NCBI GenBank assembly: GCA_010909165.1
Contig: MU008180.1
Coordinates: 185,884 to 249,883 of the forward strand
Source of the DNA: Anthoceros angustus
Lineage: Eukaryota; Plantae; Anthocerotophyta
Direction: 5' to 3'
Length of the DNA: 64,000 nt
Below the pieces are notes generated by a model, which was not told the DNA's origin, ran no database searches, and was given only the letters and a program-made list of their open reading frames with translations. Position 1 is the first letter of the stretch. Each line of letters starts with the position of its first letter. Shown here piece after piece: positions 37,059 through 50,635 of this stretch. The position numbers and the translations under genes were made by a program.

Positions 37059-37066
37059 GCGGGAAA
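37059..37066 (-). promoter_or_regulatory. Canonical E2F site in a 300 bp bidirectional promoter
   Basis: TTTCCCGC on the minus strand, about 36 bp upstream of the ATG at 37023. The opposite ATG is at 37324. Confidence 0.6.
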
Positions 37067-37323
37067 TAAGAACTTGAAGCCGGTCACAACCACCAGCAAC
37101 CGGATGCGATCCCGGTGCGCAGATCAGGAACAGAGTACGTTCACACAGGTATATGTACTAGAATGAAGCCATACAATTAGGGTAATGAACTATTGTGAGG
37201 CGTAAGGGGTGAATTTTGGTGTGCTCCCTCACGACGAGGGTTCGATCTCGGTTTGCTCACAAGTTGGCGCTGGCTACCTCTGTGAAGACAGACACAGACC
37301 GGTCCTGTTGAAAATCCTACCGA

Positions 37324-40300
37324 ATGGACACAGAGAGAGGGGCTGCGTCCCCTGATTCTGACGAGGAGGAGGAAGAGGAAGAGGAGGAGGAGGAGGAGGT
37401 GGAGGAGGAGGAGGACGAGGAGGAGGTGGAGGTGGAGGAGGAGGAGGGAGAGGAGGAAGAGGAAGAAGAGCAAGAGCAGGAGGACGAAGGATGGACATGT
37501 CATCTCCCTGCCCCGGCGCAGGCTCTGGCATTTGGCTCCTCTCCTTTGTATCCCAACTCCGTCAAGTGGTCCGACGAGAACCTGCTGGCTGTGGCCAGTG
37601 GCCATTTAGTGTACATCCTGGTGAAGCCGTGCTCGCCGAGAATATTGAGCCGAGAATGTTGAATTTGCCGGCAAGCTATCAAGTCTGAATTCTGAACATC
37701 GATGTGCAGAATCCAGCTGCTCTGTCCGGGCCAAGAGGCTTCGTCTCGTTGACGACAAATCCTGCGTTCAACATCGGGAGGATAAGAAACTCGGGTGTGC
37801 ATTGCTTGTGTTTGCTTGCGTCGCGTTTTGCACCACAATGCAGGTTGGGAGGGACATGAAGAAGGGTGTCAGGTTTCACTCTGCCTTTCTCTGTGTGCGT
37901 TTCTTGTTCAGACCGGCAGGCAGCTTCTGTTCAGGCACTCGCCCTGGCCAAGGAGAGCCGTCCATATGTGAGGAGTCTGGACTGGTCTCCTCAAGGATTT
38001 TCTTCGAATGGAGGGTGCGTGAAAGTGAGCTGCAGGCTGTTGTGTATTGCTTATTTCCAGGCTAATGAACGGGTACGGGCGTTGTCCCCTGGCGTGCAGT
38101 TGTCTCCTTGCAGTCTGCACAACTGATCACCGTGTGAAGCTCTATCGTGCTCCATATCGTGAATTTCAGTCTGAGTGGGTCGAGGTGCGGGGTTTCTCAA
38201 ATTCATCGTGTTGTTTGCTGAGACGGTTGCATCTCTGAACGTACGGGCTAACGCTAAGACTACTTGTTCATTTGCAGGTTTTGGATGTTTCGGCACTAAT
38301 TTACGCTCAGTGTGCCCAAAACCATTTTGCAGAGACGCAGTCTACAGCTCGGGCTCTGAACTTGGTATGTAGCGTGGTACTTCTGGATTCACCGTGGTCG
38401 CTATCCACACTTGGTTTTTAGTTTTGCCGTAGGTGATCTGTTTGGATTCTGTATAGACAGCATCATTCGCTGATGTTTTCTTCTTGCACAGGAAGATGAG
38501 GCTTTAGCTCCCCTAATCAGGACAGTTTCATCTAGGAAACGAAAAGCAGCAGATGAAACCATTCTGCCCCCTGGAAAACGTAGGACAAACCGACAGTAAG
38601 TGTCAGCTGTCTGCAACCCTTAAGGTTTCTTTGGTGTTCAGAAGAAATTCCTCGTAAGTTTGTTAGTTAGTAAGCTGGTACATTCCGAAATACATGTCTT
38701 ATTTCTCAAATTGGTGCAATTACATCTACTGGTCAGAGTAACGCGTTACACAGCTGTGGATGACGATCCTGAGGTTCAGGATGGGGAGAAAGTGTGCGGG
38801 AAAGTGTGCCTATTAAAGAGCTCTCAGTTACCCCCAATCTCTCAGGGATCAAGAATTGAGGTGGGGGCTGCAACATACCATTGCTGCATTGTAGGGGCAT
38901 CTCTTTCTTCGCAACTCAAGGTTGCCTTCCCTCTGTATTTCCTATCAAATCAGGTACGGAGGGAGCATGGGGGAGTGCGCGTCTGGCTGTCTGGCATTGT
39001 GTTAAAGGTGACAGACAGCAGGGCATTGGTCAGATATGGCACATCATTAACAGGTCACTGCGACAAAGGAAGTGAATTTCTTCGTTTCAGTGGATTAGGC
39101 TAGTTCATCAGTTTTCGTTTTGTAAGTTCTTTCACAGTGCGTTATTATTTGATGGCAGATGCAAAAGAAGAGTGGCTAGACTGTCACTTGTGCTGTGAAA
39201 ATGGAGTTCTTCGGACTGCTGCACCTTGCATGCGTCCTCTGCTCACTGCAGAAATGCTCTTACAGAAGGGGTTGAGTATGAGCCTTCTCCACGTTGAAAG
39301 GGATGGGATGTCAGATGGAGATCCAGTTGAGATATGGAGAAACGATAGGTATGTCTGCCAAGTTGTTCCAATTCACCTGCGACGGTTGTTCACTGAAACA
39401 GGACGTGAGTCTGGCATTGCAATCTGGTTTTAGCAAGATGATCAGGCTCTGACTTGAAAGGTAAGTTGTCTGCTTAGTTTCGTGCCTCGTAACTTGATGG
39501 GTACTGTTTTCTTGCAGGTGGCAGGAAGGAGTGCTGGTAGACACAGCCTGCGTACCTCCAAAAGTTTCAATTACAGGTGTCAGATCTGGCCTGCATATCA
39601 TAATGGGAAATTCTCTCACTTTCATTTTTAACATATATGTTCGTAGATGCATTGTGCACAGGTGACCGTGCTGTACTTGGTGTGGAACAAGAGTTTTTGC
39701 GGAGGCCTCCACGATGGAGCGGCAAGGACTGGGTATGGCTTGCACAGCGGTGCCAGCCCTTGTCTTCAGCGCTGATTGGCTGATAACTCCGTCCGGAAGC
39801 TGAACAGCTATTTTTACAGTGCAGGAATGGAGTTGTAATCAGGAGCAAGCAGCCAACAAACGGAGCCTTCCGCGCAGAGGACCAGAAGTTGAGGTTTCTG
39901 CAGCACAATATGCAGCAAGGAGTAATGAGCTGGCTCATTTAGTTAGTGTATGGTCTCCGCTATGTGGAGCAGCATGTGGGCAAGGTGGCAAAGGTGAACG
40001 GAGGAGACATTTTGTAATGTTTGCTGTAGGCGGAAAATCTGGCAAAGTTTTCTTTTTCAGAGTTCCGAAGCTTCTGTCGTACTCTGGAGAGACAGGCCTT
40101 CCATTTCATGAGATGGATTACCTTGGCTCAGTCCCTGCCCATGAGTCCTGGGTGACAGGGCTTGAGTGGGCTATCAATCCGGGTGAGTCTGAAGATGTCG
40201 GAGCTGCACTTTTACTTGCTTCTGGGGGCTCCAATGGCAGGTGGGATGTGTGCCAAGATTTTTATGTCAGTCACGCGCTACCATTTTTTTGTAGTGTGCA

Positions 40301-42725
40301 GCTGGAAAGCTACTGAATACTTTCTGGTCATGGCAGTGTGAAGCTGTGGATCGCAAATGTCCAGGGCCTTGCAGACTACTGTCCCTCACCAAATGGCTCA
40401 CCGCTTGAGTTACTGAAAGAGGTAATACACGGCGCATTGCTGGCCTACGCGTGTGCTTTACTGCATGTGACTGCAGAGTGTGTCACGTTTGGTTCAACTT
40501 CTATATGTGCTTCCTGATTATGAAACAGGTACTGCCTGTGGACCGTGTGCCAATAACGTCGTTGGCAATGATATCTTGTTCACATGTTGCTGGACAAGTT
40601 GTATTGGCTGTTGGGAAGGCCTCTGGTAGTTTGGTTGCATTGGAGTGCCACAGAACTGGAGATTTGGGGTCAATCGCCTGCGAGCTCCGAGCGCATGATC
40701 ACTTGGTAATTTTATCTGCTGCCACCTGCAGTGTCCCGGTTTCTTCGACCCTGTAATGAGCTTAAAAACTAGTGTTTTCAGGCAGAACGTTGGGTGAATT
40801 ACGTTTACCCTCACTTATTTTGCTTACCAGGTCACAGGGTTGACATGGACATTTGATGGTCGGATCCTCTACAGCTGTTCACAGGTAATCTTCTCACATG
40901 AGACCTGAAGCTACGCTTCCTAGTGGCAGGTCCAGTTGTATAGGAGCTATACATCGTACCAAATAGCCATCCAAGGGTTTGTGAGCCTTTTTGGTCAATT
41001 CAGGATAGCACAATGAGAACTTGGGAGTTTTCCAACAGCAGGTTGTGGCCTGTGGCCTTTCCGAGTGGCTCTTCATTGCTCACCACTGATACCTCTCAGA
41101 CAACTTCAGAGGTAGCTTGCCTAAAGAGCATTCATTCTTCCAGCGGGTTTCCTTTGTGAGTTATCGGGCCAATGTGACTTCCTGTATGCTGTGTCATGCA
41201 GCTTCCCACATCAGCGCTGGAGTCCTTCTTCGGAGTGGCCTTGTCCCCTGGGAACCTGGCTTTAGTGGTGGTATGTTGCTCCTGCGTTTTTCTTCTAGTC
41301 AGAGACAATGTGGGTGGGTGTGTGCTTGTTCGTCTCCGGAGCCTTGTGGTGGTAAGGAACTGACATATTGTGCTGCGCCCTGTTCAGTTAAGAAGCATAG
41401 CAGCCGACATGGTGGACCAAATGTACCAGGCTAGGTGAGCTCATCCTTGTTCATGTTTTTTCTGCGATACACATTGCTCAGGCAATAGCCTCTCTCATGA
41501 GGTCAATCCAGCTCTTCTCAGGTCACAAAAAGGAGTTGTCCAGCTTTTCTGGATAGGGGGGCAGCACATCCAAGGTGATTTTCCTCCAGCTCAAGACAGT
41601 GTTACAGTTGGTTTGCCGGGTGAGGACCTTGCAAGATGGAAATCCAGAATTGTGGCGGCACTCCTTCATATCGAGGAGAGGGAGCAGCCTTTAGTTCTGT
41701 GGGATATTGTGGCTGCAACTTCTTCGATCAGGGTACTCACCGAGAGCACGAAGCATGTGGGAGATATTCTGTCAAGCTGGCTTTGTAGCAAGCAGGAGTC
41801 TTCAACAACACCCTTGGAATGGAGTTTGGAGCGTATGGAGGAGTACCTGAGAAACGCAAGCTGCCGGCGATTACAAATGCTGAACTTGACTTATCGGTAC
41901 CTTCTCCTCGTCGGATTCAGAGCAGACGTCCTAAGCGGGCGAAGCAGCCAAGACATATGGGATACGCACAGAAAGAGGATGTCAGAACAGGATAAACTGC
42001 TAGAGAGTTCATCTCCTGCTTGTGTTATGCGCCAAGAAGAATTGTGGCGAGATCACTTGACGGCAAGCGAGCAGGAATTGCGGCAGAGGCTTATGTATGT
42101 GAGCCTCTTCGCAGCTGCCTGTAAGAGGATAGATCTGGAGGAATATAAAGACACAGCCAGTTTCGAAGATGACTGGAGTCCTTCAGGGACGCAGCTCATG
42201 GCCGCTTGGGTATGCACAGAGGGCTCCAAGACATTTCCTGAACTGGTGCATGTGGCAGCGCGGTCGTCCAACTCCGGGGACTGGTAAGTTACCCACAGCA
42301 GAGTGCCATTTTCTGCCATACTCGCTGAGCCTAAATTGTATGCTTTTCCGTCCAGGTGTAGCTTGGGGCCCTGCGGATCTGGTGTACGTGAAGCATGCAC
42401 AATTTGTGAGGCACCGGTGCCATTTGAATCACCTGAATTAGGTCATTGTTCCAGAGAAGGGGAAGCATCAAAGCACAAGCTGCAGAGGTGCGCCGTGTCC
42501 TTGGAGATATGCTCGGCCATCCCTCTTTGGCATTGCCAGGGTTGTGGCCGGTCGGTTGTCAATCTTCCCCCCTTTCTCTTCTTCTCCATGACCAGCAGAA
42601 CACAGGTTGACCACATTCCTTTGCCTCTTCTTCTACATGAAACAGTGTCTCCTTGCTGTCCCTTTTGCGGGATCCTAATTCTGAGACTGCAACCTAAGTT
42701 TCTGCTGGCCGCGTCCCTAGTATAG
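37324..42725 (+). CDS. GTF3C4: TFIIIC 90 kDa subunit (WD40 plus C-terminal Zn finger), multi-exon, with internal Agenet domains
   Basis: N-terminal motifs are YPNSVKWSDENLLAVASGHLVYIL/NP, VRSLDWSPQGFSSNGG/CLLAVCTTDHRVKLYRAPY and HESWVTGLEW. The C-terminal Cys-rich region is CTICEAPVPFES...RCAVSLEIC...WHCQGC...CCPFCGILILRLQPKFLL. Confidence 0.85.
37362..37485 (+). repeat. (GAG/GAA)n tract encoding a long poly-Glu N-terminus
   Basis: Read directly from the sequence. Confidence 0.9.
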
Positions 42726-44120
42726 TCCAGCATTCCATCCCCTTGCTATACGGTGATCGGAATGGAATCCAGGTTTCGCCAGGGGGTTTCCTGGCCAATA
42801 GGGGATCCCTCCACTTCTGCTGCTTCAGGGCTTCGGACAATCTTCGGGTTTGAGAAATTTCAGGATGCAGAGTCTCATATCAGTATCTCACGTAAATCTA
42901 TGTTTAACTATAAATCTGTTGAATTACTAAACGACACAGGCATACAGCACCTGTAAATGGGTTGCAGACTCCAGCACTTGACTTTGCACTCATGTTTCTT
43001 AATGGCAAATTTATATGGATTTTCACAGTGTCGAGGAGTTGCGGTTATGCCGCGAACAGGGGGGGCGTACACAGGAGTTGTGCCACGAAAAATTCTAATA
43101 CGCTCTGACAGACCGCTTCTTGCGTTATGGTTCGCAGCTTAGTTGCAGAAAGCGTCTCACGGAAGGAACGCAACAAGTGAATCGTAATCTTAAATCCCCC
43201 ACCTCAAGCCCCTCCAGCCTTGTCTACGCAGTGTACGGGAGTAGGGTATTCGCTAGAAAGTGAGGCATGTGAGAACTCCCTAGATATGTACCGCGGTATG
43301 TAAATGAGAGATCTTTCCTGCAAGTGCCTCTCCTTCATGGCTCAGAGCAAGGTGCTTCGTGCTGACATATGCAGAGTGCCTGATACATCAAGATTATGTA
43401 CGCTATCCCTGATATGTACCCTGAACTTGAAACTTGATATGTACCCTAGATGGGATGTTCACTGCAAATGTGCAAACGGCATGTGTCTCTGATAGGGGAC
43501 CTGATTCTGGGCTCTTTCGGCATATGGAGCACGTGGTGGCAAGGAGCAGTGTTTTGTGGCTTCTGTATGAGGGATGTTATTGACATAGCCTGACACTATT
43601 GCCGGAGTATATCGCTGTATGTATTCCGCGGGAGGCCAACAATCTTTGATTCACCAACCATGCTTGAACATGGCCTCTGTACTAGAGCAAGTGGAGTGTA
43701 GTTGTTGGAGAAGTTGACATGTACATGATTTCAAAAAGTTTGTGAAGCTGAGGTTGCTCGCTGAGAGGGAACATACGTAATGCATGTAGGCTCTTAGCGG
43801 TGTGTCTGGGTCACATCCAGCAGGGAAAGCAACAGGTATACAGAGCTGGAACCTGAGATCCAGAATGTCAGTTCACATGCTCACACGAACTTGGCCTGGG
43901 CCTGTGACAGCGATTGACTGCTGGAGGGACTGGTTCCGAGAGTACGGGACAAAAGCAGAAGAGTGATTTTTACATGTGTAAACGAGGGTTAGGGTTGTTC
44001 GGGTAAGGTTGAATTTATCGGCTTCCGTTGTCCCTTATATGTCCTTTTTCACAAACCCTGTGCCACCTAATAAGACGACGGAGCAAGCTGTAAAGTTTAC
44101 CTTTGAATTCCCGGAGTTGT

Positions 44121-44669
44121 CTATGGCATATCAAAGGGGACAAAGGGGACGGGGCACTTTTTTTTCACACGCGAAACTTTTCTTCATATCACAGGGCTTG
44201 CTTATGTCCGCTTGCTTATGTACGCTTTGGTAACTGGATCAAACGTGACCAAACTGAGGTTGCCAAAAGTGGCCACACCTATGGCCGCGACCAAGGTAGG
44301 TTTTGGCAACCAGAGCCGCGGCGGCGGGTGGGTTGGGGTTTGGCCGCCATAGAATCGTATAGGGTAGGGCGGGAGATTATGAAAACTTAGTATCACAGCC
44401 TCTCAAATCGGAGTGCCCCATAGTGCCTCTTTGTTTTGAAAGGTTTTGAAGCATAGTTTGGAAGAAAAAACAAGTGTATGTCCCTCTGGTGCTTGGCCGC
44501 TCTTGGTGAGGGCGCCAAAGCCGACATATGATACAGCATGTGTGGGAGGTGTTGTGAGATAGCACCTCCGTACTAGGTTCGGCGCCTATGTACCGTGCCC
44601 CGTCCCCTGTGTCCCCTTTGGTATGCCATAGTTGTCGTCCCCTCTGTCCGCTTTGGTATGCCATAGTTG
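44121..44669. mobile_element. Foldback/MITE-like element remnant
   Basis: A 37 bp inverted repeat (44121-44157 versus 44595-44631, 2 mismatches), a partial extra arm at 44637-44669, and an inner ggttgccaaaa/ttttggcaacc pair. Confidence 0.5.
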
Positions 44670-46435
44670 TGTGCATTCACGAGAGGCTCACATGGCCGGC
44701 TGGATGTCAGATATTTGTGTCCGTTTGTCTTGTCATTCGCTGTTTGGAAGGAGAGTGAACTGGTGCGGCCGAAGGCAAATTTTAAAGGCGGGCGTCCTGA
44801 TGAGTGTCCTCGTGGTCACAGGCTTGAGAGTGTGGTCACGACGGTGGAGGACTGTGTACCAGTGCACCTGTGAGAGTGTCCTGAGTCGTAGCAAGTACGT
44901 AGTTCCGTCCGGTCCATACAGTACAAAGTATCAAAATGTTAAGACGTACCTCACTCAGATATCTGTCCTCTGGTGTGATGGGGGTTTTGCGCTATGGCGA
45001 CGTCCACGTGTGCACTCGGTTCCAGAAAACTGCATGCATTTGTTGCATTTGTAGACTGGGCTAGGTGTGCGTGTTGAGCTTTGCCTGCGAGTGCGAGGCG
45101 GCTACAGTGCTGACTTCCTCCTGCAAACGAGGACGGTGCAGAAGATGTTAGAAATTTCCCCCGACGGCCATGGGCAACGGCAAGGCATATCATGGTAAAG
45201 TGGTGTAGTGTTAGGGCAATTTCTCCCGACGGCCACGGCAACGGCAAGGCGGATATGCCATGGTATGTAAAATTTTGCCTTGACCATGGGACCGTCGGGC
45301 GGCGGGGAATGGGTCCTTCTCCTCTGGGCCCCAGTCCCAGGTGTTTTAGGACAAGACGCAATCCGAGTCTTCACCGCCGAGTTCCCGCTGTCTGCAGCAA
45401 GGCTAATGGGGAGTGAGTGGGTTCTTGAGGGTGTGTGCAAGGAATGTCACCAAACGGATCAACAGGATCCCGAACTCTGCACTCTGCACCGCACCCTAAT
45501 GCGGGAATCGGGAATTGGGAATCGGGATCCCCAAACCAGGCTACTGACGAAACTGATTGGAGGGCCCAGTGGATGTCAGACTCGCAGCCTCCAGAGAGAG
45601 AAACGCGCAAGAGCAAAAGGAGAGACAGGAAAGGCAAGGGCTGCTGCAGTGCTGGTGCTGCTCTTCGTGAAAGGATTGCGCATGTCAATTCCAGCCACAT
45701 GCGCTCTCGGCATTTGCGTCGTACTGTACGCGGTGCGGCGCCTGTCTTGCCCTTCATCCTATGCCAGCTGCCAACAAAAACAATAGGGGCATGCCCATTG
45801 CCTCTCATCAACGGCTCATCAACCAAGCATGACGACTACATCCTGATCGCGGTTGTGTCGGAAAGCGATTAATGCCCCTGGCCCGATATGGATCGGGGTT
45901 GTGTCGGAAAGCGCGATTAATGCCCCTGGCCCGGTATGGAACCCTGTCTAGTGTCTACCCATGTAGTCCGCTTAATCCGATCGGGAATCTATGAGAAGAA
46001 CAGAAGAAGAAGTCTACAGTCCACAGGGCGTTCTTTGCCGCTCATGGTTGCCCACTTTAGAGCCGGAGGTTGAGCCTTCAGCTTTGCCACGTCTCTCTTC
46101 AAGAGTCTCGTGTCCCGGTGGTGAGTCGAAGGTGCTTGGCTTTGCCTTTGTTTAATCGGCTTATACGTATGTACTTGTTTGATTGTACGATTCGGCACAA
46201 GGGCGGCCGGGAAGGAAGTATGTATATAGCATTATACGGGCTTCCAGTTGTGAGCAATCTCAGTCGGACAGGTTGCTAAGCAGCACACGTCCTCACAGCT
46301 TCAGTCTGTGAGCACAGAGCAGAGCACAGAGCCCGAGCTCCACACCATCTGCGCTGTTGTTACCTTCTTCTTCTCTCTCGGCCAGCCCGGGAGCGAGCTC
46401 AGGCCAGGCACGGGGCACAGTGAGAGCGGAATTGC

Positions 46436-47885
46436 ATGGCAGATTATTTCAAGCTGTGGAAGGCAGCGGATGTGGCCTTGGGCAAGCCCGCCGTCCCGCA
46501 CTTCCCGCTCACCGCCTCGGTTGCGGATGCCATCAGGGCGCTCCAGCAGACCAGCGATGGCCGCATCAGCGTCTGGCAATGCCGCGCCCCCCAGCTGCAG
46601 CAGCCACCGCCGCCGAAAGTGAAGGATTTTGGAGCAGGAGCTACTGCACCCGCCAGCTGCAGGAAGGAGGAGCCTCTGAGCCAGGAAAATTGCCTCGGAC
46701 TCGGCCAGCAGGAGTGTAAATGTGTGGGGATTCTCACCAAGGTGGACATTCTGTGCCATCTGGCCGAGGAGTGGCAGAATCGGGACCGGGCCTTGCGTAC
46801 CTGCGTGTCGGAATTGCTGCCTCCCTTCTCCTCCGCGGTGGCTCACGTCGATGGCAAATCCAGGTGAGTTCGGTTCCGATTTCGGTGCCTGCTTCCAGTG
46901 CTGTCTGGGGAATCCTCCGAATCTAAACGTTGTGTTGTGTGCTTGTGTTTGTGTTTGTGGATTTGAATTTCACAGATTGCTGGATGCGCTCTCTCCGATG
47001 GCGGATCTCGGGGCGCATCACCTGGTGCTGCGGATGGAGGAAAGCCGCCGCCGCAACGGGCCAGGCCCGATTTTTCGCCACTCCTCCAAGCCTGCTCCTG
47101 CTCCTGCTCCGGCTCCGGCCGGCTCTTGCCAGCTCTACTGCTGTTTGACGCAGGAGGACGTTCTCCGTTTCCTGCTGGGATTCATTGCCAGGGTGGCCAA
47201 CGCACCGCTGATGACGGTGGAGGAGCTGGGGATCATCGACACCAACTTCCAGGGGATCGATTCCACGGCACCTGCGGCTTCAGGTCTGGACTTGATCAAG
47301 GCAGCCAGCCAGGAGATGACGTCCGTGGCGGTCGTGGAGGAGCTGTCTTGCCTTGACTACCTGTCAGGGGAGGAGTTGAGCGGAGTGCGGCTGGTGGGAG
47401 ACCTTTCAGCCTTCTCCATGCGGAACTGCGACGGGACTGCAGCCGAGGCGCTTGCCACACTCTCTGTGAAGGAGTTTCTGGATTTTGCTGGGGGGGATGT
47501 GACAGCATTGCTGCGGGTGAGGAGGCAGCGGTCAGGCCACGGGCTGACTTCTTTCCTCCCTGCAGGCTGGGAGGAGTCATCGTCGGAAGACGAGTCATCC
47601 GGGCTGCCGTCCCCAACAGGGCCTCTCCGGGCCTCCTTCGAGAGCATGCCCCGCCCATGGCAGCAGTGCCACCTCTTCACCACGCAGTCGGGCATCCAGG
47701 CTCGGGTTGCCCCCATCACCTGCCGCCCGCAAAGCACGCTGGTGGCAGTCATGGCACAGGCTCTGGCCAACAGGGTGACCTACTTGTGGGTGACAGATGA
47801 CAACGACATGCTCATCGGCCTCGTCACTTTCAGAAGCATCATCGAAGTTCTGCTGTACAATCTGGAGTCTCTGGAGACATACTAG
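46436..47885 (+). CDS. CBSX5: CBS-domain protein (CBSX5-like), 2 exons (46436-46863, 46976-47885)
   Basis: DVALGKP....P.TASVADAIRAL....RISVWQC, CKCVGILTKVDILCHL and C-terminal TCRPQSTLVAVMAQALANRVTYLWVTDD...GLVTFRSI. Confidence 0.85.
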
Positions 47886-50422
47886 TGTGGTACGAGTATG
47901 TTTGGTGCCCAAGGTAAGTCTCAAGAGGGGCAAGTTTGGAATTGGAAGGCATGATGCTGGTATATAGACTGACTACGCTAGTGTTTCAGAATCTGGGAAA
48001 ACGATGCAAGTTTGTAGCATTTGTGAGGGCCTGTGATGTCCCCGACATGGGACTTGAGGCCAGCAGCTGGCGACCGCTGCTATTATTCTGTTTTGCACTG
48101 TTGACCTCCATTTCGAAGGCACTGCGGACTAGAGATCCATGGATGGTGAGTTCCTGTATCTATAGCAAGTACATAATAAGGCTGATAGCCCAAGCATAAG
48201 TGGCCACGGCAACCTTATCTCTGTTGCTACTTTCCATCTCAGTACTCCAATTAAAGCACCCGTGACAAGATTCCACCGATTCCTCAACTTCCAGAAACCG
48301 CTGGAATCTCGGCTGCTTTGTGGTGAGTCACTTAATCCGCCAACAGCCCGCCCTACCTCATCTTCAAGCAGAATTAGGTTCATTAAATTCGTAAGAGAAT
48401 GTGACGTCTGTACACAAGGAAATTCGCGCACTAAAATATTGCAAGCAGTTCGTGAACCACAATGGATTGAAAGTTTGAAACGAGTCGGACGATTCATAGG
48501 CGTGCCCACACTTTCTATCGTTAGAGAGCGGTGACATAACTACAGCAGACTGGCAGTGGCATGGCGTCTCTAGTCATAGTCTTCAGATTTTTATGTTACA
48601 AATTGGAAACAGCCTTGAAGAGGCGCACTGACCTCCTGGATCGTCAGCCAGCTGCCATGGTCCATCAGCAAGCAACGTCCTAAAGTAGGAATTACACTGC
48701 TCAAACCACCCTAAGGAAGCCGGTCGGCCGCTACTTGAGGAGTCGGAGTCGAGACCGTGACTGCCTAGTAGCTCCTGATAAACATTTCGTTTGAATCAGA
48801 TCTCCCGCTCCTGCAACATTGCAGCCAGAACCAACTTGGCATGTTAACGTTGAAATTTGAAATGCGATAATGTAATTGAGCCATCAAAGAGTTTCAAGGA
48901 TCAAACGAATGCCCAGACATCTACAGAAGAGACTTGCCTAAGACCACATGAATTCAGATTTTATATATTATTGCGCATCCAGGAACCAGTAAGGCAGAAA
49001 TGGTCACCTAAATCTCACTGTGAGCGTGTTTGGATGAATTTGATTCACGTCAGCCGAGAATTCGCTTAAGGTGTTATAGGAAGCATCCGCAAAGGATGGA
49101 TACGGTAAGCCAGCTTGGTACATGTCACCCTTCCAATAAGTGATCCAGTGCCGCCGCTCGTCAATAAAAATGCTCCAGCCAAGGCACCTCATGACGGGCA
49201 TCAACATGTTGTGATCCTTGACCTGAACGCCGTTGCAAACAAATTGGAGACGAGCTTTTGACCTCCTGTGACCAATCCTCAGGAAATTGAAGCACTCAAA
49301 CTTCTCCACCAGGGCTCTCCACCGGCTTCTCTTCCGCCCAACTTCTGTCAGAGGATCGCCAATCAATAACTCTCTTGCTCCATCGCTCCGTGACATCATT
49401 GTTGACACCTGCGCTTTAGCACATTCAGCGATCCTCAGGGGCACAATGCGTGATCCTGTTCCATGTTATGGACCTCCTAACCGACTGAAATTATGTGCAA
49501 CTAGAGCCAGGTTTTAAACTCGTACCTGTGTAATATTTTTAATACTTTGATATAATATTACTATATACGCTGTCTTCAATTATTTTATGGCTCTATATTT
49601 TAATAGTTATAGGTACTAATTGATAGTATGATTATTTTTTATAAGATAGAATAAAAAAATAATCATAACAAGAACTATTAGCTCTAAACAAGATAATACA
49701 GGATAATAAAACCTAGTTTGGGACGTTCATTCTTACAGGGAATAAACCACCCTATCAAGGAAACCTTTCTTAACACAGTACCACCCACTAACAGCATTAA
49801 TCCCTACATAGATAGTATTATGATTCTGCACCACTAAACTCTAAGATGCTCTATATAATTAATCTCTATATAGTATTATGATTTTACACCACAAACCCTA
49901 ATATACTCTATATTGTATATCTTCCTCCCCTTCAACCCATTACTCTCTTTACAGAAAAAATGTGAAGAAGAGTGGAGAACCCTAAGTGACATTAAAAGAT
50001 CTTTGTAATGATAAAAGCCATGTGAAAACTTATTGTAAAAGAAAAACCATGCTTACAAGTCTTCAACAATATCTAATATGGGGCTCAAACATTAACATTA
50101 GGTTCACAGGTCAAAGGGGGATTTTATTGAGGTGAAAAAACGGGAATCTTATTGGGGTCTTCGTTTGACCGCCAAAATATGCTCGGTAAGTCCATCCAGG
50201 ATCCACCAAAATAGGCTCGGTAAAACCATGCGAGATACCGGAGACCGGACCCGTTTGGGTGCCTCGTTTGTCGCAAATCGGAAAATGGAAAGAACTTGTT
50301 TTTTCAAAAATCCTACTTGTCAATAGAGTTAGGGTTCACTTTGAGTTCTGTGGCGCTTGTCTTCGTCTCCACTCCATTTACAAAATGCCTCAAATAAGTC
50401 AGTGTCATTAAGTATTGGAGGC

Positions 50423-50635
50423 GGTGGCCCAAGTGGTAAATTTGAGCCTCTTGATGGAAGAAGACAACCCTCACTTAGAAGATGTTAGTGCTCTGGTGGC
50501 CCAAGTGGTAAATTTGAGCCTCTTGATGGAAGAAGTCAACCCTCACTTAGAAGATGTTAGTGCTCTGGTGGCCCAAGTGGTAAATTTGAGCCTCTTGATG
50601 GAAGAAGACAACCCTCACTTAAAAGGTGTTAGTGC
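50423..50635 (+). repeat. 72 bp tandem repeat, about 3 copies
   Basis: Units start at 50423, 50495 and 50567. Confidence 0.92.
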
